DNA of 64,000 nt from Massalongia carnosa (lineage: Eukaryota), in assembly GCA_965645245.1 (NCBI GenBank), contig OZ287068.1, forward strand, positions 2,790,001 through 2,854,000. The letters are read 5' to 3'. Numbering within the stretch: the first letter of the stretch is position 1; every line of letters starts with the position of its first letter. A program made the position numbers and the translations under genes. The notes beneath the pieces were generated by a model, which did not search any database, was not told the origin of the DNA, and saw only the letters and a program-made list of their open reading frames with translations. This document shows positions 50,786 through 63,153 of the stretch, piece after piece.

Positions 50786-51555
50786 TGGGAAAAAGCACCG
50801 ACAGCGAGGTAGGGGCACCGAGGACAACGTGAGGTCGACGACGAGTCAGTGAGATGGGAAAAGCAGCAAGCACTGACAGCGAGGTAGGGGCACCGAGACA
50901 ACGTGGGGTCGACGACGAGTCAGTGAGATGGATGAGGCCGAGTGAGAAGAAGTGGATGAGGAAAGAATTTTCAGAGGGTGATTCTTAATTTACTTTGACT
51001 CAGGGGCCTCACGTGACATAGAACCATCTCATTTTTTGATGGGGGTTTTCTTTTTCTCCCCCTCCCTCCAAAAAACATGTTTTAGTAAATGCTCGGTGAA
51101 AGTTCCTCCCTCCATTAGACCTGTTCTGTTCCAACGTGTACATCTCTCTCTTTTCGGAACTTCAAAGCTCAAACGCTTCACCAAAAATGGTATCTATACA
51201 ATTCGCTTCTTATATGCCCCGATATTCTTACAAAGCTTCCCCCCACCCCCCGACTGACTCATAATGCTCCTGTATGACATAGCGGTAAAACAAAAAAATA
51301 TGGGGATAAAATCTATCGGTAGAATAACGATAATGGATGTTGTGAAGTGAAAATGGTAAACAGAACCGAAACCCAAAAAAAAAACCGAGATCAACTTTTC
51401 GTGCTTTCAAGCGTGGGCACCTCGTGCGGTTTCGTTGGTTCGATTTGCGTCGCGTCGCCCGAGTTCTGTGTACCACCAGCGTAGTTCATGTCCGTCCTGT
51501 CCCGATGCCGCGATCGTATCCTGTATGTATCTCCTGCAATACTTCCCAAAGAGAA

Positions 51556-52701
51556 TCATCGGCCCCCATACCTCGATCTTTGCTCTTCTTCTTCTTCCTC
51601 CTCATCCTCCCCATCATAAACCCCGACTCCGCCTTCCAGCTCTGCAAGACTAGGTAATACGGTTCCCTGCCCACTCCCGTCGCCTCTCCGTCGTCTCCTT
51701 CGAGCCTCACCTCTTCCCTCGTTCTCGCCACTTCTTCCTTCCATCGCTGCACCAAGTCCGCCATCGCCGCCGCCTCCAGGGCTGTGTGATGGGTTAAAAG
51801 CAGAATTGCCGCCCGGTGCAGAAGAAGGGTCAGAAACCCGAGCGGCGTCCATGGTGAAGGGAGTGGCGCCGGCTCGCTTAGCCATTTCTTCAACGCCGAG
51901 GGACCAATGCATCGCTTCGGCCGTGCGCCATGGCACGCCAAGGTCACGGGCTAAGTTGGTCCACATTTCTTGTTTCATCCTAAAGTATTCGTTAGAAGAT
52001 TGAAGGAGAATCGCAAGCTGGGAGCTAAAGAGTTACTGAGGTAACCGTAGGGAGTTTTAGATGATCTAAACCAAAATGCTGCTGATGATCCTCAAATTTA
52101 CAGAGCTGACAGGGCCACAATGATGGTAAAGGACTGAGGATACGACGGGAAACACGTACCTGTCATACAGCCTCGCCAGCTTATTCTTTTTCTCATCGTC
52201 CCATTCACTTTTCCGCTCAAGATAGTTTTGATAGTGTAACCTGCAACTAATAGCGCTCCGGCCGGGTAGCCTGGTGGATATGTCGTCCCACTTCATCCCC
52301 GATCCTCTGAGGGAGACAATCAGGGCGTTTTCGCTAGCGGTCCACTTCGACTGTTTTTTAGCTGGGGACGCCAAGGGATGTGGGGAGAGAGACGGAGGTC
52401 GTTTGGCCGAAGTGGCTGTAGAGGACGAGAACGGGGCAGCGGTGGTAGACAGCAAGCAACCTCTTGTTTCTTGCTGGCTGAAAGAACTTGGCGGAGCAGT
52501 CGCGGTGGAGAAGTGAGATGTCGTGGAGGTGGAAGGGGAGGAAACTAGCGGATGGAGAGATGTCGACGTCGGGACAGAGATGGATCGAGAGAACGGAGGG
52601 GGTTGGGAAGTGTGAGGCGGCGGAGGAGAAGGGCTCGACTTGACAAGGAGTGAGGAGATGTCCAGCTTGGCGGTGGGGATGACGAGCACTGCTTGAAGCA
52701 T
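51556..52701 (-). CDS. Myb/SANT-domain DNA-binding protein, one intron; start uncertain
   Basis: KWTASENALIVSLRGSGMKWDDISTRLPGRSAISCRLHYQNYL...ARLYDR|MKQEMW..LGVPWRTAEAMHW. Confidence 0.85.
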
Positions 52702-55700
52702 GTGCGCGATTCCTGCAAAAATGGTTGAAAGAGTATCGGTGGACTTTCCACAACGGCGGCTGGCGGGTCAAACGTCTAGAAACCTGCAACGGCGGCGACG
52801 GGATATCAAGGGGCGTGTCGAGTATCACGAGCTAGGTCTGAAACAATGCCGTAGACGTTGCCGGACCCTCGTGCGGTTTGCGTGAATGAGCGATGAAGAA
52901 CAACAATACCATGAGCTTGGGGTTACTCATCGCTATAAAGGCAAAGCTCTACATGAAGAGAAAGACGGTCTGACTTAGTTTAGTCTGGGAAAAGGTTCCA
53001 CATCCGGCTTTTGGGAGCTAAGGGAGAGCTTCGATTTCATGAACCAATAGGGTTCGTAACAGACTCGTCGAGCTTAATATTGGCTGAGCCTGTTTTCGCA
53101 AGCTAACCCATGACCTCCACTCTCGAAAGCTTTCTGGAGCATCTCCATAGCAAGTTACCGCGATGCACCGCCAAGTGGGAGAATGTATGGTTGTGGGCGA
53201 TGAGGTCGATGGACAGGGATTGCTCCTGCAATTAGCAAGCATAGCCCTAGTTGAGTTAGGCTGTATGTTCGAAGGCATCGCCCGTTGATTATTGCATCCG
53301 TGCAGTTCGCAGGAGATATTGAGAGTTTGTTTTTGGGCAAGACGTGGTAGGGCCCAAGCTTTTTCGTTCGGGTAGTCTGAGCCCTGACAAGCTGAGTTTA
53401 GGCGAACTAGGAAAGGGGAGGGCAAATCCGAAGCTATTGAAACAAGGTGACGAGGTGGAAAGCACAGATTGGTGGATGACGCAGTCGTAAGTAAACGGAA
53501 AAAGAAGGTTGCTTGCAAAGACAAGACTTTCCACTTCAACCAAGAGGATTCGTGGTTCTCTCACAGTTGGCCAAAACTGCGGTGAGACAAGCGAAAAGTG
53601 CAAAACCTCCCTATAGGCCGACAAGGCCAGGGGTTGGATGACTACTCTCCTTGAACGAACCGTGATCTTCCACACTTGCACTTGATCAAGTCGCGATTTC
53701 TGCTCTTTTGCCCTGCTAGAATGATCTTCCAGCCCGACGAACGCTCTAGTGATGGGTTTTCTCTTTAGAAAAAAGCCATCACGTTGATGAAGTGTCATGG
53801 CATCATCAGGCTTGTTTGATGCCAGGTTGGTTGGGCGGTGAGCTGACCGATACTCCGCAAATCATGGCAAAGGGGAGGAAATCATAAACTGACAAACATA
53901 TACCTAGTACATCTTTCTCGATCAACATCAGCCGTTGGGACGATGAAGGGAAATTCATCGCGCACACGCGACGGCAGGACCCTCGCTGCACACAGCGTGC
54001 TCTGAAACCCGATCAGAGACGCAGTGCAAAAGCAGGTCCGCAAGCGTCTCAGGCAAATACATCCCTTCGGTCCTTGGGGTGCACATCCGTTGCATGAAGT
54101 AGGTTGTTTAGTTTTTTGGTTTTTGATTTTTTTTTTCATCTTCTTCGCCTGGATCTTGGTAGGTTCCGTAAGGCGGTGAAGAAGGCGCTATTTTTTGATG
54201 GTGCGAATTCACCGAGATTAGGGTCAAAAGGATGGGGGACGGGAGGGAAAGGGGAGAAGGGGGGGGGTTTGTTGGGTATGTCTGTGGCTTTCATTGTTGG
54301 CATTGTCCGGAGGTAAGGAGTATCATATGCAGAACATAATTTAAGGCAGGAAGAAGGGAGAAAGAAGAGTACAATCAGGCAAGGTGGGCAAGGTGGATAC
54401 TGGGGGAGAGTGAGGGTAGGGTGTCTGTAAGGTGGGCAGTCTTACTCTGGCGGATGCTCAATGCTCGATGCTGGATGCTGGATCTCTGATGCGTTGGCCC
54501 GTGTCCCGCTTGCTCGTTTCTCGTTGTGGAAGGGGAATGTCCTAACCTCCAATCCGGCCTAGAGGGAGACAAATATAGCGTAAAGTGATCGCAAGTAGCC
54601 AAGGTCGCGAAGAATACCTTATGCAACGAGTAAGGCGATTCTGCCAACGCAGGAATGACGTTGCCCGTTCTCCGTCATGCTCAAGTGTCCAGTGTCACAT
54701 ATCCTGCCTGCCTCCGTCGCTGCCTCGTTGTACACGCAACACCAAAGCCAAGCAGACGGCCAAGCAAGCGAGACGGGCAGCAGAACAGTAGCTGTAACAG
54801 CACCGGCAACCACACCGGCAGCCCCCAGCAGCAGGAGCAGCAGCAGATAGGCAAGGCACCGCGCTCCGATCAGCGAATTGATCTATCACTGTAGTCATTT
54901 GCATAGGTCATCATTAAACTGCAAGGCATCTCATCGTCCCCATCGTCTCCATCGTCTCTCCTCTCCCTTGCCATAAGCTGGGAATCCAACATTTCCTTTG
55001 TATCACCAACGTTGTTGATTTCCCTGGTTTGAGAATGCGACGACAGCATTTCTTCCCTGACGATGCAGATGCAGCCAACGGTGATTGTTTGGCTGGAGAA
55101 GCGGTGAATCTTTTGGGGCTGCATTGAAGCTAGAGCCAGATAGGGCCGACTGAGGGTTTTGGCACTTGTAAGGCTTTGGGCGTGAAGCATCTGGCGAACG
55201 TGTCTTTCGGTCGTGTTCTACCCCCGTCTCTCTCTTCAGCATCACACCCCTCGCCGGAAGGAACAGGAGGGTTTCAGCTTGGATGGAAGAACTGTGCATG
55301 AATGGCAAAAATCATTGGAGTGGGTTCCGTGTTTTTCACTAGGTGGTTGCTAGCTAAGGAAGTTGGAGTTTTTTTTAAATGATTGATTTACAATTGCCTT
55401 GGTTTTGCTGATTGTGGGCCATGTTTCATCCAAGCCCTAACCCCTAACTCTGACTAACTACATTTGGCTCCGAACCCAGTCCTGCTGATTGAGAGGCACC
55501 TCCCGACCAGCTTTATCTTTGTTATCGACACCTTCTTGACGCTTTTCGTAAGCACCGGTACCTGAATGCATTATGTTCCACTTGGTATGCACCTTTGATG
55601 TTGAACGGCTTTCCGAAGCTTTGGGGGTCTTTGGGGGCTGTCGGATGCTACCCCTTCTCCCCCTCCCTTTCAGATGACCACTCACTGCAACGATTTTTCT

Positions 55701-56422
55701 TGAATTCTATCATCTTGGCCCTAGAGTACTCCTTGGCACCTGCTTCTCTGAATCAGCTGGCATCATCAAGTCCATGTTTCAGGGAATTGGGAGTGGAAAT
55801 GTCAGTCGGTTTTTCGCAGCCTCTACTCTCCACTCCAACATGCAGCCCAGATAGCATGAACCTATCTGATTCAAGCTCATCCAGGACGCGAAGCACGAAG
55901 ACCTGGGCCAATGGCCTAAAGTCCACCTAAACCCTCTTTAGTCATGTATGAATAGCTGATACGTAACGTGCAGCATTTGATTGCTGTGGCTCTCTTTTTA
56001 GGTATTCTGTACGGAGTACGGAGTACTCTGTACAGCATACAGATTAGGTGCAATGTGTACTCTTTCCCTCCAGCCTCGTACTCGTACCACGTATGTAATA
56101 CAACTGCCCCGATTAAGGCGTTTGCTGCCTCATCGGGTCCTTCCGTCCCGATCGATCAAGCCCTACCACTCGCCCCTCCACCTTTGAGCGTAATGATCAG
56201 CCTTGCTGCATCAACCAGACCCTTGCAGTTCTTTGTTCCTCGCGCAAATCTGTTCATTGCCATTTGCTCTCCCTCGGTCGGAGAACCCGAAACCGGTCCT
56301 ATTCATTGTTGAGCCGCTTCCTAACTCGGCAATCCCCCCTCCCCCCCCCCACCCAAAAGTCGCGCTCCCATGCTCCCACCCGTTACCCCCCGGCCCTCCA
56401 TACCCTCAATTCTTCCACAATA

Positions 56423-57590
56423 ATGGCAACCGCCCGTGATATCCCCCTTATCATCACCTCTCCGTCCTCCTCGTCCGAACGTCGCATTACCCCCTCATGG
56501 ACCATCGCCCATTTAAAGCAGAAACTCGAGCCTGTGACCGGCATCCCGCCGTCTGCCCAGAAATTGACCTTGCGGCTTCCCGATCAGCAAGAGGTTGCCA
56601 TTGAGGCTGAGGATGAGGACGCGGTGCAAGTGGGAAGGTGGGAGTTGATAGCTTATGCCGAGATCAAGGTGCGTGCTTTCATTAAGATTTTTAATTCGTG
56701 GATTTGATGAAAGACTGGTGGCCTGAGCGATATTTTGTGTTTTGACTCGACCAGTGCTTGTTGCGGGGAATCTTTGTCGTGTCACGAAAGCTTCACATGC
56801 CAACCACGTTATCTTCTCCCCAAAATACACCCCCCATCCAATCTTCCACCCCTTCATTCCACACCGAACCCCACCCCCTCACCTTCTGCCATGGCAGGTA
56901 ACATCCGCCGACCCCCTCTCCACCCCGCAAATCCCCGCCGCCTCCACCGTCCCCAAATACATCATGCCCACTGAAACCTACTCGGCCCTCCCCTCCACCG
57001 TCCTCGCCTACAAGAAATCTCACCAAATCGGCCGTTTCGACCCTTCCGCCCCGGAGATCCGGGAGCGGAAAATCCAAGACATGTGGCGAGAAATCAAAGA
57101 GCGAGGTTCGTGGATGATTTCAATTCCGCTTTCAATCTTCCATATCGCCCAATTCCTCTCTCCTCCCCTTTCCTTTTCCTTGCCTCTTGGGAAATCACAA
57201 CAAAGGCTCCTTTCTCCACCCGCACGTACCACCCCAACTCTCCATCCAACCTTCTACCACCACCAATCTCACACCATCCCTCCCCTTTCCAAATTAAAAG
57301 GCATCTCCCCCCCTTCTCGCTGCCGCCTCTCCCCCACCCGCCGCGGCTCAATCCGCTACGTCGGCCCCGTGCCCCAACTCCCAGGCCTTGGCCCTTGGAT
57401 TGGCATCCAGCTCGACGAGCCCGTAGGCAAGAACGACGGCAGCGTGGCAGGGATGCGCTATTTCGAGTGCGAGCCCAACACGGGGGTTTTCGTAAGGGCG
57501 GCCAAGGTCGAGGTGGGCGAATGGGGGGTTTTGGGAGTGGGGGAGGATGGGGAAGATGGGGACGAGGGGGAGGATATGGAAGAAATTTGA
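56423..57590 (+). CDS. ALF1: Tubulin-folding cofactor B (ubiquitin-like + CAP-Gly), with introns
   Basis: SERRITPSWTIAHLKQKLEPVTGIP, STVLAYKK..IGRFDP and CAP-Gly motif WIGIQLDEPVGKNDGSV..RYFEC..GVFVR. Confidence 0.92.
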
Positions 57591-58552
57591 GATGGGAAGA
57601 AGGGAAGAGGTGAGGGGGAGTGATGGATTTGATAAGGGAGAAGGAGAGAGATATAGCTGAAACGCGAAGAGGAGTTTAAAATCTTCGTTCGTGTGTGTAT
57701 ATATGTTTGTTTCCCTCCCCTCAATCATGACACCATCAACTAATTCAACTCTCCTCCCTTGCCCGCCTTTGGTTCCGCCGGAGTACTTTCTCTTCCTCAT
57801 TCCTTCCATCCTGCCATCGCAGCAGGCGTGCGCCATTTTTAACCCCCACCCCCTTTTCCATTTCTCCTCATTTTCTCCATCCTGTCTCCTTAAATCATCT
57901 TTTATCTCATCTATTCTATTCCTGTCCTCGTAGAAAAAATTCTCATCTTGCAAGATTCTCCTCCCAAGACCGAGTTCTCTGTCTGTTTTTTTTTCCCCGG
58001 AGGATGGTGACCAACCGACTGATTGGCTGGTTGGCTGACTGGATGAGTGAGAGATAGACAAAAAGGAACCCGAGAGGGGTTGGAACGATAGGACGAAATA
58101 AATGAAAAGGGAGTGTACGTTCTGGTGGAAATTTACCTACCTACTTACATAGATTATATATGGGTGTGGAGAGGGGGTTCGGCGGAAGATTGGATTGAAC
58201 GGTTGGGTTGAACGAAGGGTTAGAAGAAGAAGAGGGCTGTTGAATGGTGATTAATGAGCGGGCTGATATAAGGAAGGGAATGAGGAAGGGAGGGAAAAGA
58301 TAGGTTAATTAGGTCGGGTAGGTAGGTAGGTAAGTGTTGGCTGTTCAGGAATGGACAGTGCATCGGGCACGGCGACCCAAAAATTGTAGCTGATGAAGAA
58401 GAGATTGAAATAACGGTGAAAACGGATGGATAATTTAATCTTTCATTTAGTAGATGATATAACTCCTAATCACCGGTCTTAGGAAGAAAGAAAGCATTAA
58501 AAAGAAGTAATTTAAAAAGAAAAAGAACCTCCCCCCCCCCTAAACCCCAAAG

Positions 58553-58880
58553 AAAAAGCTTCACCACAGAGGATCGAACCTTTGTCCTCCTCCTCCATAA
58601 CGGCAAAGACTTCGGATCCCTTAAAGGAGCTTCTATACAGTTCTCCCGAAGGAGAACTGTACAAGACGCTCCCCAAAGGGACGGCTTCCTAATTTCTCCG
58701 GTCTAGATTGAACTCCAAGAGTTCCTTGAGTTCCGTCCTCTCTACCCCTCAGTGGCCCCCGATGTGAGTGTGGTGGAACTCAAGACAGAGCAGTATGTTC
58801 TACAGCGGTAGTTGTCGCTGTAGAACCATCTGATGGAATCTGGCAAACCTTCCAACTGAGCTAGCTAGGTTCACTGGTGA
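58553..58880 (-). ncRNA. tRNA-like Pol III unit with a ~240-nt structured insert (atypical tRNA, pseudo-tRNA or novel ncRNA)
   Basis: A box TAGCTCAGTTGG, B box GGTTCGATCC, T-run terminator and four internal helices, including a C(UUCG)G tetraloop on this strand. Confidence 0.65.
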
Positions 58881-59202
58881 TGAAATAGTTTCTAATTCTA
58901 ATTTTAGCTTCGACGGGTTTGGTTGGGAGATGGGGCTCTAGGGCGCCAACCATCGGAATATTCTGGGGGATGGCTTTCTCGACACTTTTTCGAAAGGGGT
59001 AATGGCTTATGGTTTATGGGAATTGGCTCTTGGAGTCTTTTGGTACCTGGTTTTTTTGTGAGCGAGATGGTACACGGTGGATGAAAAGGGATCACGACGG
59101 CTTACATATATTATGCCAAGGTATGTTAGCTTCTTCAAAGGCTTGGGGCCATCTTATTTAACTCATTCCCTCAAGTAAGATTGAGCCACGGGTTCCAGCT
59201 TC

Positions 59203-60188
59203 TTATTGCCCCACGTTATCCTCACATTTCCTATAACAGACCCTCCCCTCCTTTCCTTGCCTCACGCTTTCCAACTCTAAGCCCGGATCAGGGGCTGGTC
59301 TTCGAGTCGCAATGACCCACCAATTATCTTTCTCATATCCAGAACTCTCAACTTTACCTCCTGCTTGAAGGATGTCATCCTCGAGCTCTCCTCGACGGTA
59401 AAGATGATAATAACGGTTGAAGGTCGTTGACCCTTCCTTCCCATCTGCATTGCCATTCTGCTTCAACACCCATGGAACCATCACATCCTGCTCATCACCT
59501 TCATCCCACCCTCGACGGCTATTTTTCTGCTCAAGCGCCCACACATATATCAGTGCGCTGGCCAGTGGACGATCATTGGAAAGACTTTTATTAGGGTGAT
59601 TTGGTACGAGATGGAGAGTCTCCAGTATAGCGGCAATGGCTCCGATTCTTCTGGCATTCGTGGATAGATGGTGGACTACAGCAATGGAAATAGCAAAGTC
59701 AAAGGAGGAGCGGGGATGAGGCAAGGAAAGATTGTCCGCAATGATCGCCTCCTGGGGTCGATGGCGAGATGCAATCTGCACCAGATTCGGTGAGCTTATG
59801 CCATGTCAGCAAATTATCTATACGGCTGCCCGTTGTGATTCTGTTTACAGCTTACCGGTCAGAACCAATAATGAAAACCTTAGGATTCACGTTTAGGTAT
59901 TTTCCGTTGCCACACCCAACATCCAAACCAACTGCTCCATCCAGAAGACCGCGAAGGAATTGCTCGACAATGGGCCAAGGCTACCGAAGGACTATAATCA
60001 GCTGATGTGACCAGTATAAGAGGGGGTGGGGAAGGAGGTTCGCATAGCGTAATAGGGCCTCGTTCCCATACTAGGAGAAATACCTTATATCGGGTGGATG
60101 AAAAATGAGAAGCTATCTGATCATACACACGGTGGACATGAAGCTCTTCGTATTTTTCACTATCTGGCTGAGAAAGAAGAGTCGCCAT
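59203..60188 (-). CDS. TRM9: tRNA wobble-uridine methyltransferase Trm9, two introns
   Basis: HVHRVYDQIASHFSSTRYK|PWP, LDVGCGNGKY, AISIAVVHH, YVWALEQ and RYYHLY motifs. Confidence 0.95.
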
Positions 60189-63153
60189 GAGATATTCTGC
60201 GTATCTTCATCCTCCTACAGCAGTCCTACCAAAAATGATGGTGGGGTATGGAGTAATGGAGCCGTCATTGACTAGGAACTTCAGGAACTGTAGGGGAAAA
60301 CTTCCTGCAGTTAGCATCCTCGGCCTGTTTGAATAACACGACGCCGTGGGAGCATTTCTATAGGAGATATAGTTAAGATGTTGGCTGCCCGCTTAGTCAG
60401 CGAGCGAGCTTGGTGGACAGGGCCGATTCGGCTTGTACGAGTGCAATCATCGAACACACTTAATCACTAGATAGGTAATATACATAGCTTATTTACTATT
60501 AAATACCGAGAATTAACGATAAGGATGTGTTGTCAGTGTTTCGGACAAGACAAATTCAAGCTAATAAGTTCCCAAACCAGTCAACCAAATTTGGCTTGTT
60601 AAGACTCAAAGTCCCCCGCTCACTGAATAGCTTTCTCCTATAATCCTTCGAAAGACTTTAGTACCTTCTCCCGTTTAATTAGAACGTCTGACCAAGAAGG
60701 CTTGATATGCGAGATCATTGCAACACCACGCAAATTTTCTATAACTATGACAATGTTAGGAGTGAGATATTCTCAAACGTTTTTATAGCTGAAGATATGT
60801 CTTCTGCCTAGTTTTTTTGCTTAGAAGCACCTCTGCAAGTGAACGCCATAGGCACCGGTCACTAGATATGTGTCTTGTAACCGTATTACTTTTGCGAGCT
60901 TGATTTCCTCTTAAGAAGCATCTGTGCTATGCACGGCTTGCCCAGCTCACAGAATACATCGCTGCGACGAATCAGTCCACCAACTAGGCGTCCTTGTATG
61001 AGGGAAGTATTAGACGCTCTCATACTAGCTAGGTTTGCCCGGAGAACGGTTTATTTTCTTACAGTGGCTTGTTTTTTCTTGAAGCAGAAGTTGCTCTATA
61101 ATCGAGGGACGGTTGATATTGGACAGTAAGGGTTAATCTAGGACAGAGTGGGCACGTCGTAGTTTGCTCCGCGAAATCTTGTTTGCCACGTAGGATAGGG
61201 CCAATTTTCCTTAAAAAGCATTTGACCTTGCCTCGATATAGCCACGTTGTTTGATAAATGGCTAATCCTTTAATTTAATATCCACTTTCCAGGCATTCGA
61301 AGTATACCCTGCAGGTTTGCCCCTATTTGCCCCTATTTGCAAATAGCCCATAAGCTCATCTACTATTCTTTTTAAGCTTGTTTGAATATTATACGGAGGA
61401 CTTTAGTTCGATATCCCGGGTTCTTAATGGAAATGAATGCTGCCGAAGGCTTTATGTAAGCAGGGTTTACACTCCACCTCATTGGTTTTCAATTTTCTTG
61501 GCCATACTGATGGCTTCTTCCTTGGTTGGCGCAACTGTGACATGGCAGTTTTGGATCAAGGCTCTGCTCAAGGGCATGATAGTAGATCTAGACATGAGAA
61601 GAGCGCAAAGGGGAAGCATCACTACCGCGGTTCACAAAATCCATTGGCGACATCAGCAAAGACTCATTAGCCACTATCAGTTATACCAGCTCGCTAAGCA
61701 CCTTTTCACGCGATATTTGCAGAAAATGACATGCTACATCGATATATCATTCCCCTGAAGATCATGAGCTAGATCCTTAAGGGCGAAGTATGTAGGGCGT
61801 ACTCGAAGAGCAGCTTCGAGGATCTTTGCATGGTCATTTCAAAGCTTGTTTCTTCTCTAACAGTTGGGGTCTCATAGATATACGTAGCATCGTTTTTCTC
61901 GTTTACATATACTTTATAAATAGTCATGGCAACCTCCTCTTTCAGAATCCATTAAACGATACGAGAGTCAAGAGGCAAGTTGTCAGGATAATTAATAGAA
62001 TCGACGCTGTCCTCAGGAGCGATCTTGATCCCCCTCTAGGAGAAGCGTTTGGTAAAGAGTCAATCTGATAGAGGCTCGAAGCTTTCTAGATTTTTTTCTG
62101 AGATGTACTTAGATGAAACAAGGTATAAGGCTCAATATTTAGGGTTTGAGAGTCTTGCTAGGGTGTTTTCTGGGTATACAAGGAACAAAAGCATAAGTAA
62201 GGTTTTTGTCTTTCATTTTTTTATCATGTATAAAACTTTAACGTTCTTACCTGGAATCTTTCTCAGCGTGATCTTCTGTTTCTTGAGCGGAACGCTATGG
62301 ATTATCGAGCATTAACCTCTTTTAACTGATCTTTGTATCTCATTTTTGGTTGATTCATGTGCCATCGTTGATTTTTCCTGGATTCGATCTGAAAATTTAT
62401 GAGGCATTCTATTCTGTTCTGTTCAATCTCATCAGAGGTCGATTAGTCTCTAAAAGCCTGTAGGTCTTGTAGCTTAATTTGCGCTTTAAGACATGATTAA
62501 GCCTTTGAGGGAACATAATAACCTCCATCAGAGATGAGCCGCGCATTCGATGTCCGGAAATATCTGCATGAAGAACAGAGGCCAAGCTTTCCGTGGTGTA
62601 GACAGCCCTCATTTACGGGGAGTGACGTAGCTTCAGAGCCTGAAGTGAGGTTTTTATACTGTTTGTGGCGACAACATGCGGTTGGTAAACGAGCGCGCTT
62701 AAGGCGGCGCTGATCCGATGGCCTCAATTAGGTAATCTTTGCAGCGGGAGACACCTTAAAGTCTTCACTTTTCAACTACAACTTCAGGAACTCGTCAACA
62801 CTATTGTACTTGCAAAGCATTCATCACATTTACATAGTATCAAGCTAAAAATCGGTCTCTCTCTCTCCTCAAACCTTGGCCTTCTCGCGGAATCAATGTG
62901 CCAACATATTCGTACATCACACTGTTAGATTACCCTGTATCCCAATGTCGAAGAAGTTGCGAATCCACCAAATATCGCGTGCCTGTTTACCCCCTGGAAA
63001 GTGGTTTTTGTTGATTTATGATGACTTATAGCGGCATATATTGTCCAACGTTACTGCAGTTCTATTGTTCCTCCTATTGACTGTTTACTCCGGCGGTTGC
63101 CGATTCTGGCTGCTTAAAGTCAATCCTATTGTCCCAATTGTCTCAGCAAGAAT

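Larger units (their letters stand above)
46169..51032 (-). mobile_element. Ngaro-type (DIRS order) tyrosine-recombinase retrotransposon with split direct repeats A1-ORFs-B1-A2-B2
   Basis: A repeats of 177 bp (50856-51032, 46523-46699); B repeats of 299 bp (46700-46998, 46170-46468); gag, RT/RNase H and YR ORFs; no TSD. Confidence 0.93.

Noticed and set aside
55435..55448. ccctaacccctaac as a telomeric repeat or telomerase RNA template
   Set aside because: Too short, has an extra C, and has no supporting structure.
52800..56300. Numerous 60-170 aa ORFs upstream of the Myb gene
   Set aside because: No recognisable motifs and overlapping in all frames; more likely a long regulatory or UTR region.
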